Below, one piece after another: positions 10,011 to 18,346 of a DNA stretch of 64,000 bases. A program made the position numbers and the translations under genes. The notes beneath the pieces are model-generated. The model saw only the letters and a list, made by a program, of their open reading frames with translations. It was not told the origin of the DNA and made no database searches. The stretch comes from an uncultured Candidatus Saccharibacteria bacterium (lineage in GTDB: Bacteria > Patescibacteriota > Andersenbacteria > UBA10190): positions 5,379 to 69,378 of the forward strand of contig CAYVFG010000002.1 in assembly GCA_964450915.1 (NCBI GenBank), in the 5' to 3' direction. The stretch's first letter is position 1. Each line of letters begins with the position of its first letter.

Positions 10011-12167
10011 TTATTTTTCACTTTCTGGATAGTACGGAACGATACCCGTCATATTAATAATAATATCCCCCGCCTTCGCTGAAGCTTCGGCGGGCAAGCC
10101 TGCCAGAGAGTCTGCATATATAATATCTGCGTTCGGGTTTTTTGCATACAGTCTGAATAGATACGCATTTAAGCTTGTTTGTTGATCGGGGGTAATGCCT
10201 ATAATAATAATCCTTTTTTCTTGCGGCGTATTTGTTTCTTCATGAAGCAATTGCCGATATGCATATTGGGTATATGCGGATTGTTCGCGGGCAAAACGTG
10301 TAAGGTTCTGATCTCGGGCAACTACAAAGCCGTATATGCATACAAGTATAAATAGCGCATACCAAATACCATTCCATTTTTTAGGGATGATGCGTTGTGC
10401 TATTGCAACGATTGCGAGGCTGGTTCCGAAGATTGCAAGCGTTAACCATCGAGAGCGCCAATCACTAGTAAATAGAAGAAACGGCCCAACGAACAGTAAC
10501 CACCAAAGATAACTAAATACTAGAATATTCCTTGTGCGCGCATGCTTCCAAAAAGCTACAATACTCGCTATCGCTACTACTATAATAATTACTCCCGGGT
10601 AATATGGACCGGCAGTTTTAAGCCGCCATAGTTCCAAGGTATTTGATAGAAACGATTCTAAGCGATTTGTATATGCAGTTTGCGGCCATAACCGCTGTTC
10701 TGCGGTAAAGCTGGTATATATAACGACATTTCGAACAATATTGATCGGATTTGCCGAGAGTGCGTATGTTTTGTCCGTATGCTTATGCTCGGGGAGCGTT
10801 GGGTCGCCAAGCATCGCCGTATTAACGACGAGGAATGCGCCTGCCATGAGTATGTAGGGCAATATATTGCCAAGTATGTGCTTGAGATTACGTTTTGAAA
10901 TTCCAGAAACAAGTTCGATGCCTGCGAGCGCAATCGGGAGAACGATGACGTATTCTTTTGAGAATAACGCAATAACAAACGAAATGATGCTGGCGTAGAA
11001 TATTTTTTTATTTCCCGAATCCTTCCATTTGAAATATAAAACAGCTGACAGCATTGCAAATATCGAAGCGAGCAAATCTTGCACAGAACTCCACCAGTAT
11101 AAAAGGCCTATTTTGGAACTGTGCGACATCCACAGAGCAACAGCAAGCAAGCTTGCTGAGCGAGAAGCTGTGATGCGATGTGCTAGTACGAATAAGCAGC
11201 ATGCTGTTCCTGCGAACAGCAACATATTCAAGAAGTAATACAAACCCGCATCGGGCGGGAGGACTAGGTGGAGCAAGAGCGGGTAGAGCGAAAAGCTTAT
11301 CGGCCTGTAAAAATCGAAACCAAACTGAGATGCCGGATCTGCGTCTGTGTATCTATGCGGAGTAAGGAGTAGCAATGGATTGTGCTGCCACAGCTGTGCG
11401 ACCCGAACAAGAATGGGTACATCGTCGCTATAAAAAAATAAATGTGTTGCAGGCCAATATAGTACAAGCGATGTAATAATTATGATCGCAAAGTATGCAT
11501 GATTTTTTCCATGCAATTTCATGTTTCTGTCTTTGATAACGGGGAGTTGCTGAAAAGTTTTTTGTCGCATGAGAAAAATTGCAGCTACGCATATCATGAC
11601 TCCGAGCCATACTCCTCTTTGATGCGGCAGCGCAAGCCATCGGACTAGTTGCAGCGCAATCGTTGGTTTTTCATACTCGATAAGGCCTAGTGATCCTTGT
11701 TTTTGTATCCCTGCTTGCGTCACGACGCTCGTAGGGTCGAGTGTTGCATCCGATTGATACGCAATTTTTATTGCGTGTGCTTTAGGAAGCTGCTGTGCGC
11801 TGATAGTAATGCTGTACTGCTTACCTGAGCTCATCGCTTGGCGTGGTAGCGCAATACGGCCAAGATTTTTTACTGGAACGTTTTGTTCGGAAATGATGCG
11901 ATTTTCAGAAATATCTTTAATACCTATATGGGCCAGGTCGTCTGGGTATTGAGATTCTGCATATAGGCCGATTGCAGAAAGGCCTCGAGAAGCTGCCGTA
12001 AATTCTTCTGTGAGTGGATATGCCGCAAATACCTGGTGTTTATGTGTGCTGTCGGGTGTTCTGTGTACTGCAGTACGCTCACTTGCGCGGATTGATAAAA
12101 CGTAGCATAGCGTAATGCTTAGTACAGCGAAAAGCGCTATTTTTGCCTGTTTTTGCCACTTTTTCAT
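10011..12167 (-). CDS. GT-C membrane glycosyltransferase with N-terminal beta-rich domain
   Basis: FFYSDD, FYRPIS and ALFSKEY motifs; TGC-TACTGT 6 nt before ATG12167. Confidence 0.8.
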   Translation of the reverse strand: MKKWQKQAKIALFAVLSITLCYVLSIRASERTAVHRTPDSTHKHQVFAAYPLTEEFTAASRGLSAIGLYAESQYPDDLAHIGIKDISENRIISEQNVPVKNLGRIALPRQAMSSGKQYSITISAQQLPKAHAIKIAYQSDATLDPTSVVTQAGIQKQGSLGLIEYEKPTIALQLVRWLALPHQRGVWLGVMICVAAIFLMRQKTFQQLPVIKDRNMKLHGKNHAYFAIIIITSLVLYWPATHLFFYSDDVPILVRVAQLWQHNPLLLLTPHRYTDADPASQFGFDFYRPISFSLYPLLLHLVLPPDAGLYYFLNMLLFAGTACCLFVLAHRITASRSASLLAVALWMSHSSKIGLLYWWSSVQDLLASIFAMLSAVLYFKWKDSGNKKIFYASIISFVIALFSKEYVIVLPIALAGIELVSGISKRNLKHILGNILPYILMAGAFLVVNTAMLGDPTLPEHKHTDKTYALSANPINIVRNVVIYTSFTAEQRLWPQTAYTNRLESFLSNTLELWRLKTAGPYYPGVIIIVVAIASIVAFWKHARTRNILVFSYLWWLLFVGPFLLFTSDWRSRWLTLAIFGTSLAIVAIAQRIIPKKWNGIWYALFILVCIYGFVVARDQNLTRFAREQSAYTQYAYRQLLHEETNTPQEKRIIIIGITPDQQTSLNAYLFRLYAKNPNADIIYADSLAGLPAEASAKAGDIIINMTGIVPYYPESEK
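10069..10098. repeat. Short palindromic (REP/RPE-like) element inserted in frame
   Basis: CCCGCC-TTC-GC-TGAA-GC-TTC-GGCGGG-CAAG; GC-rich hairpin in AT-rich context, translated as LPAEASAKAG in the host gene. Confidence 0.65.
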
Positions 12168-12220
12168 GTTCAAACAGTAGCATGTATGAAGGAAGTACGT
12201 TAAGAGGCATACTTATTACC

Positions 12221-12835
12221 ATGCGCATTGCATGGTATGTATGTTTCATCACTTTGATCGTATTCGTATTTTTATACGCGTGGTATTTGCCTGCAAACAA
12301 TGCGAAACAACTTATTCTCGATTTGCCCGCGAACGGAATCAGCAAGAGTATTGCAGTTACGAATGATACGAAGATAGTTCAGGAGATTAGGCTAGAGCAA
12401 TCCGCAAATAGCATAGAATTGCCATTATGCGTTGGGCAGCCTAGTGCACCTGGAATGATTCATCTTACTGTTCTCAAGGATAGCAAGGTTATTACGGGAC
12501 AGGATCAGTATATTGAACCAGATATTGTATTTGCGTTGCCTGGTGCGGGAATTTCTGGGGATGTTACGCTTGAATTTGTATTTTCCGGAATAGAAAAGAA
12601 TAGCGATATTGCCATTCCTACTGCATTCGGAAAATATGCGAATTTGTCAGGGACGGTTACGCAATATGTATTGCAAGGCAATCAGTGGAAATCAGTTGAT
12701 ACCAGAAACGGCAATATTGCATTGACGCTGTACCATATTCCGCCAAAAAATCATGTATTTGCGATGGTAGAGTCATTTATAGTACCAATGATCGGAATAA
12801 TCGTATTCATAATTCTATGCGCAAAGAATTTGTAA
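12221..12835 (+). CDS. Two-TM protein carrying the recurrent beta-rich extracytoplasmic domain
   Basis: TM-domain-TM; start moved to ATG12221 (CATACT 7 nt upstream), which avoids overlap with the divergent gene. Confidence 0.7.
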   Translation: MRIAWYVCFITLIVFVFLYAWYLPANNAKQLILDLPANGISKSIAVTNDTKIVQEIRLEQSANSIELPLCVGQPSAPGMIHLTVLKDSKVITGQDQYIEPDIVFALPGAGISGDVTLEFVFSGIEKNSDIAIPTAFGKYANLSGTVTQYVLQGNQWKSVDTRNGNIALTLYHIPPKNHVFAMVESFIVPMIGIIVFIILCAKNL

Positions 12836-14550
12836 TTATTTCGCTTGTTGGATTGCTGCTTGCAGGTATTGCGACGGCGCCATTATATGTTCATCCCGAA
12901 TATATAAGCAATCATGGTGATATCAATCGAGGATTGATATATAACGCAATTGCGAAGCGAGATATACTGAGCGGCCATCTGCCTGCGTGGAATCAATACA
13001 TTTGCGGAGGCATGCCGCTTGTGGGCGATTTGGAATCGTGGTTTCTGCATCCGATATTTTTCCTGACCTTTCCGTTTCCCGAGGTATTGGCGATGAAGAT
13101 AGGGTATACGCTGGTACTTTTCAGCTCGTTTGTGGGCTTTTATGCATTGGCTCGAATTATTTTAAAATTCAAGATTACAGGTGCTGCGCTGTTTGCAATA
13201 ATTGTAGCGTTTGGCGGGTACATCTCAGCGCACTTAGCAGAAGGGTATTACGTATGGACAGCAAGCGCATACGTGCCATGGTTTTTGTTGTCCGCCATGT
13301 TGGCATTGAGAAATTTGAAATTCATCCCGTTTGCCGGATTGATGCTCGCATTCATGTTTGGAGCAGGAAGTATGCATCTAGCCGTATACAGCATGCTTTT
13401 TATAGGGATTATATATGCATTCCCTATGGCTGAAAGCAAATTTTTCCGACGCGTTACACTATGGCTGGCGATCGGCGCGTTTTTCGTAATCCTATCTGCC
13501 GCAAAGCTTCTCCCGGCGCTTTCCCTTCTTACGGCAACCAGTTCCAGAGAAGGATTTGCGCCCGCTATTACAATGCTTCCGGAAATACTATTTGGCAGAG
13601 GATTGCTTGGGCCGGTCATGCAGGCCGGGCAAATAATTCGATGGGGAGAATTCGACGAATATATCGGAATGCTTACGGGAACTGTGGCTGTTATCGGCGC
13701 CAGCATATTTCGAAAAAGGCTATGGCATGCATACAAAGCATTTTTGGTCGCGAGCATTATAATGGCAGTTATTGCATTTTTGCCGTTACCGATTACGCAT
13801 GGATTTATCAGTCATGTTTTTGATTTATTCCGCATGCCAAGCAGGGTGTTGCTGTTTGCGGTATTTGGGATCGCGCTTGTTGCAGGATACGCAGTTGACG
13901 CAATTGCTTTGCCTCGAGGTGTTTTTGCGATAAAAGCGTTGATACTGCTTGTTATTACGCTGGATCTTCTTTCGAACGACATAACGCTTTTTTCTCGAAC
14001 GTTTACGGTGCCTCTTCCGGAAAAGCATGCGGAGACAACGTTTCAGCGAGTCAGCCATGCGTACACTTCTGGGGATGAGGTGTATTATCGGGCAATATAT
14101 TTGGATTTTCTGGAAAATAGAGGGACGAAGGATGTGTGCAGGTTTTATCAAGCGGGGCCGTTTAGTAGATCAATTGACGAAACGGATCCGAGGTATATCT
14201 CTCAAGGAGAAATATATTTGGATGATGCAAAATCCGGAACCGTCTCATATACAATGAATACCAGGAGCGAATATAGTATTCACGCAAACATTCAGTCAGC
14301 AACGCGAATTATCATTAATCAAAATTATTATCCGGGCTGGGTGGCAAGTTCCGGGCAAAGAGTTGAAAATTATCATGGCGTTATCGCTATTTCTGTCGTG
14401 CCTGGAATATATGATATTACGCTGAGGTACAATCCGAATACGGTGTATTGGGGAATGGGAATATCTGCGCTTGGTTTTTTGATTGGCTTGCTGGTGATTA
14501 TGAGAAGATCTGGTCGTACCACTGGCGATACCAATCAACAAACCTCTTAG
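12817..14550 (+). CDS. YfhO-like GT-C membrane glycosyltransferase
   Basis: PAWNQYICGGMP, AHLAEG, EYIG, FRMPSR, NYYPGW, GIYDITLRY plus terminal TM. Confidence 0.8.
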   Translation: MRKEFVIISLVGLLLAGIATAPLYVHPEYISNHGDINRGLIYNAIAKRDILSGHLPAWNQYICGGMPLVGDLESWFLHPIFFLTFPFPEVLAMKIGYTLVLFSSFVGFYALARIILKFKITGAALFAIIVAFGGYISAHLAEGYYVWTASAYVPWFLLSAMLALRNLKFIPFAGLMLAFMFGAGSMHLAVYSMLFIGIIYAFPMAESKFFRRVTLWLAIGAFFVILSAAKLLPALSLLTATSSREGFAPAITMLPEILFGRGLLGPVMQAGQIIRWGEFDEYIGMLTGTVAVIGASIFRKRLWHAYKAFLVASIIMAVIAFLPLPITHGFISHVFDLFRMPSRVLLFAVFGIALVAGYAVDAIALPRGVFAIKALILLVITLDLLSNDITLFSRTFTVPLPEKHAETTFQRVSHAYTSGDEVYYRAIYLDFLENRGTKDVCRFYQAGPFSRSIDETDPRYISQGEIYLDDAKSGTVSYTMNTRSEYSIHANIQSATRIIINQNYYPGWVASSGQRVENYHGVIAISVVPGIYDITLRYNPNTVYWGMGISALGFLIGLLVIMRRSGRTTGDTNQQTS

Positions 14551-15460
14551 CCCCTTCTTCTATTGGAGTTGTCGGATTGTAATGTAGATCCTTTTTTGCA
14601 TTTGAAATATCAGCCAGGGTGCTTGAGATTTCTCCTGGCAATAAGTCTGCTATTTTTACAATTGCCTTTTTCCCGATCGCAGATTCGAACGCCGCAACCA
14701 TGCGAGGAAGCTTAACCCCGTCAGATTCGCCAAGATTATATACATGATAGCCATGTACGTTATCGAATGCAGATATGACGCCCTGAATAATATCGTCGAT
14801 GTAGGTAAAGTCTCTGCTTGTTCCTTCTCCTCGCAGTACAATTTCTTCTCCGTTCATAATTGCTTTCGTGAATGCAAATGGCGCCATTTCCGGCCTACCC
14901 CATGGGCCATATACGGTAAAGAATCTCAAGCAGGTTGTAGGTACGCCATATAAATGATGCCAGGTGTAGGCGAGTGCTTCTGTTGCTACTTTTGTTGCTG
15001 CGTACGGAGAAATCGGGTGCATAATATTCATATCCTCTCGAAATGGCAACTCCTTTTGGCCTCCGTATACGGAAGAGCTTGATGCGATCACTATCTTTTC
15101 TATCTTATTTTTTTGCGCAGCTTCTAGCACTGACGCAGTTCCCGTAACGTTTGAGTTTGTATATGTGAGAGGAGATTGGATGCTTCTTGGGATTGCTGCC
15201 CATGCACCCAAATGAATAATTGCAGTGATGCCATGTTCTTGGATAGTGCGCGTCACAAGCGCTTCGTCACAAAAATCTCCACGTACAAGAGTAACTGCTT
15301 CTTCCGGCTCAAACATATTCGCTACGCGCGCCTCTTTTAAGCGAGGATCGTATCGGTCGTTAAAATCATCAATAAGAACCACACTATCACCGCGATTAAG
15401 AAGTGCTCGCGCCGTATGCGATCCGATGAATCCCGCCCCACCAGTTATTAGAATATTCAT
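14498..15460 (-). CDS. NAD-dependent epimerase, UDP-glucuronate 4-epimerase-like
   Basis: TGGAGFIG, SSSSVYG, YAATK, RFFTVYGPWGRPEMA, RDFTYIDD. Confidence 0.9.
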   Translation of the reverse strand: MNILITGGAGFIGSHTARALLNRGDSVVLIDDFNDRYDPRLKEARVANMFEPEEAVTLVRGDFCDEALVTRTIQEHGITAIIHLGAWAAIPRSIQSPLTYTNSNVTGTASVLEAAQKNKIEKIVIASSSSVYGGQKELPFREDMNIMHPISPYAATKVATEALAYTWHHLYGVPTTCLRFFTVYGPWGRPEMAPFAFTKAIMNGEEIVLRGEGTSRDFTYIDDIIQGVISAFDNVHGYHVYNLGESDGVKLPRMVAAFESAIGKKAIVKIADLLPGEISSTLADISNAKKDLHYNPTTPIEEGAKRFVDWYRQWYDQIFS

Positions 15461-15461
15461 A

Positions 15462-16496
15462 TTAAAATATATTTTTGATTACTCCTAAAATTCCTTGTTT
15501 CCACGGAACTCGATGAGATACGCCGCTTTTATTTTGAAAATCTTTCAAATGCGCAACGTACCAATCGTAATTTTTGACAAGCGCTTGCTTGTTGGAAAAC
15601 CTCGGGGCGTATCCTAATTGCTTCTCCGCTTTTTCTATAGATACAAAGGAATCTACTGACGCCGTTTCGTATACCCACTTATACAATGGGGAAATATGCA
15701 AGGCTTCCAAGATTCGCAGCGTCCAAATCATGGGAGCAGCCGGAAAGCCGATGATGCGCTTTCCGTGGCCGGCCTTATCGAGTACGGCTTGATAATCTTC
15801 CTTCATGGTCGTGTATTCTTTTGCTCCAATATTGTATGTATCGTTTGCAACGGATTCGTCGATTGTCATACACAAATAAATTGCGTCGCACAAATCGTCT
15901 ACGTCGAGAAGCTGATATTTGTTATTTCCCATGCCGATCATCGGGAAATTATGGCCTGTTAATGCCCAATCATAAAACAGTGCAAATACCCCCAGTCTCT
16001 CGGGGCCAACGAATGATTTTGGACGGATAACGGATACGCATTTACCTTGAGCGCGGAATTTTTCGCATTCTTGCTCCGCTAGGATTTTTGCTTCGCCGTA
16101 TGCGCCAACTCCTTGAAGCTTGTCTGTTTCATACAGCGGGTGATGATCCGGGATCCCGTACACTGCAGTAGAAGAAATATGCACAACTCGCTGTACGCCA
16201 TGCTCGAATGCCGAGGCAAGAACGTTTCTTGTTCCATCCACGTCGGTACTGTAAATATCCTCTTTCGAATAGAGCGGGAGCGCTGCGGCGCAATGCACTA
16301 CGATGTCTACGCCGGGCATTGCTGCATCAAGGTCGGATTTATCTCGAATATCTTTTTTAACAACGGTTATCTGGCCTCGTTCCGGATAATCGAAATCGGC
16401 AATATCGTATGAAATGACATTATGCCCTTTTGCAAGTAAGTATCTTGTTAGGTTGATGCCTAAAAACCCCGCTCCGCCTGTGATAAGAATTTTCAT
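15462..16496 (-). CDS. NAD-dependent epimerase/dehydratase (extended SDR)
   Basis: MKILITGGAGFLG, SSTAVYG, YGEAK; true start at ATG16496 (TATACT 8 nt upstream). Confidence 0.9.
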   Translation of the reverse strand: MKILITGGAGFLGINLTRYLLAKGHNVISYDIADFDYPERGQITVVKKDIRDKSDLDAAMPGVDIVVHCAAALPLYSKEDIYSTDVDGTRNVLASAFEHGVQRVVHISSTAVYGIPDHHPLYETDKLQGVGAYGEAKILAEQECEKFRAQGKCVSVIRPKSFVGPERLGVFALFYDWALTGHNFPMIGMGNNKYQLLDVDDLCDAIYLCMTIDESVANDTYNIGAKEYTTMKEDYQAVLDKAGHGKRIIGFPAAPMIWTLRILEALHISPLYKWVYETASVDSFVSIEKAEKQLGYAPRFSNKQALVKNYDWYVAHLKDFQNKSGVSHRVPWKQGILGVIKNIF

Positions 16497-16534
16497 ATAT
16501 CTGCAGTATACACAAGATGTAGTATGATGAAAGC

Positions 16535-17806
16535 ATGGGAATTTTATTGCTGTATGAGGGAATATTGGATTCCATGCATAAAAGAATTTTTGGCGTAACG
16601 ATGGGTCCAAAGACAATTGAGTTCTTAAAGCAATTGCACTGGTCGATGATTGGGGGAGTTGTTGCAGCAATTATTTCATTTGCAGTTTCAGTTTGGGCCG
16701 GACGCGTTCTTGGAACAGATCAGTATGGGCAGTACAGCTTCGCAGTGGCGACTGCGCAACTTATTGCATTGTTTATTACATGGAGTTTTGAAATTGCGAT
16801 TGTGCGCGCGCTTGCTTTTACAAGGGAAGATGCATCCAGCCAGAACTACATTATCTCTTCTGCGATTTTATTTTTAATTGTCACGATCGTATTGGCTAAC
16901 CTTGTTTCCTACCTTCTGCCGTTTCCATTCTTGAAAGGTATTGTTATGGCGTTTGCAACGGTGCTTGCTATCAAGCAGCTATTCGACGGAATGATGCGCG
17001 GACTAGGATTGTTCGGCTACCAGGCTGTCGGAAAAGTTATTGAGGCATGTGCGGTGCTTAGCGTCTTTGCCTTTATGGCGTACGAAGGGCTGCACTCATA
17101 TACATATTACCTGCTTGCCTCGTTACTCGGAGGATTCTGCCTCATCTTGTGGTACTCGGTGCGGATTCGATTCGATGCATCTTTCAAGCAGATTTCTCAT
17201 TCTGCATTTCAGGTATTGTGGACATACGGATCGCGCGCAATCATTTGGCTCGTACTATCGACCGTGCTTGGGTTTGCCGCAAAGTTTATTATCAAATATG
17301 AGCTGGGGAATCAATTTCTCGGACAGTTTGCGGCATATAACATGGTATCGATTACGGTAATGACATTTTTGGGAGGATTAATTGCCAACGTATTTTTCCC
17401 TGTTGCAGTCCAAGAAGGGGACAGTGAAGAAATGTGGAAGCGAATGCGCAAGGGAACGCTTGTGGGAGCATTGCCGTTATTAATTGCTGGTATTTTTATC
17501 ACAAATACCGCCGTAGCCTTATATGGGGATGCGTATTACCTCTCGCTTTGGTTCGGCGCCGGTATGGCTGTTATCGCCGTTATTCAATTTTTTACGGGCA
17601 TGTACTGGTGGGCTATCGCAAGCGATGGCGTGATTGGCGTGCGGTATATGGCGTTTCATAGCGCAGTTGGCGGACTCATATTCGTAGCGGCTCTGGCTAC
17701 GCTTCTTCATATGTATATGCTGTGGGGAATTATCATGAGCTACGGCCTCTGGAGTTTGTATGCTTGCGCCGTTATTTATAGGTGGCGAGTTATATTAAAG
17801 CACTAA
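16535..17806 (+). CDS. Wzx-type oligosaccharide flippase
   Basis: GRVLGTDQYGQYS motif, about 12 TM segments; TATGAT 6 nt before the ATG. Confidence 0.85.
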   Translation: MGILLLYEGILDSMHKRIFGVTMGPKTIEFLKQLHWSMIGGVVAAIISFAVSVWAGRVLGTDQYGQYSFAVATAQLIALFITWSFEIAIVRALAFTREDASSQNYIISSAILFLIVTIVLANLVSYLLPFPFLKGIVMAFATVLAIKQLFDGMMRGLGLFGYQAVGKVIEACAVLSVFAFMAYEGLHSYTYYLLASLLGGFCLILWYSVRIRFDASFKQISHSAFQVLWTYGSRAIIWLVLSTVLGFAAKFIIKYELGNQFLGQFAAYNMVSITVMTFLGGLIANVFFPVAVQEGDSEEMWKRMRKGTLVGALPLLIAGIFITNTAVALYGDAYYLSLWFGAGMAVIAVIQFFTGMYWWAIASDGVIGVRYMAFHSAVGGLIFVAALATLLHMYMLWGIIMSYGLWSLYACAVIYRWRVILKH

Positions 17807-18318
17807 GCGCCGCATTGATGCTCTTGTCCTCCGCATACTCTGTATAACGTTTTTCCATTTTCGTGAAGAATTCTAAAATTGAATTTCCTGTGTTCGTCTT
17901 CGTCGAAAAATACACCATCCTTTGCTTGTGATTCCAATTGGGCTTGCAGATAAAAGGATGTAACAATATTTTTCTCGATGCCGGTAATGCAGTATGAATA
18001 CACGAATCCTTTGGACTCTCTTACGTCGTGTGGAATTGCATCAATGAATTGCTCGCGCAATAAAGGGGATGACTCCCCAAAAAACCAGCTATCCTTGCTA
18101 CTTTGCGTACAACCGATTGTGTGAATAGTTGCGGCAGGGTAGCTATTATGAGCATTAAAATATTGTTCAGCGCTTCGTTTTATGTTTGCAATATCTTGTT
18201 TGCGTAAATCATCTCGAACTACGGAACGGGCATAGAGAATGCTATGTGCGCCAAGTGCCGCAAGGACAACGGCTAAAGAAATGACGGAAATGAGCTCGTA
18301 CCGTATTTGTTTTGTCAT
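17803..18318 (-). CDS. Type IV pilin/GspG-like protein lacking the Gly cleavage site
   Basis: E-hydrophobic helix, then AR..RD..RK.DI..I....EQYF......YP, the typical pilin alpha-1 signature; 4 Cys in the head. Confidence 0.75.
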   Translation of the reverse strand: MTKQIRYELISVISLAVVLAALGAHSILYARSVVRDDLRKQDIANIKRSAEQYFNAHNSYPAATIHTIGCTQSSKDSWFFGESSPLLREQFIDAIPHDVRESKGFVYSYCITGIEKNIVTSFYLQAQLESQAKDGVFFDEDEHRKFNFRILHENGKTLYRVCGGQEHQCGA

Positions 18319-18346
18319 ATAGAGATATGTTACAAGATAAAGGAAT

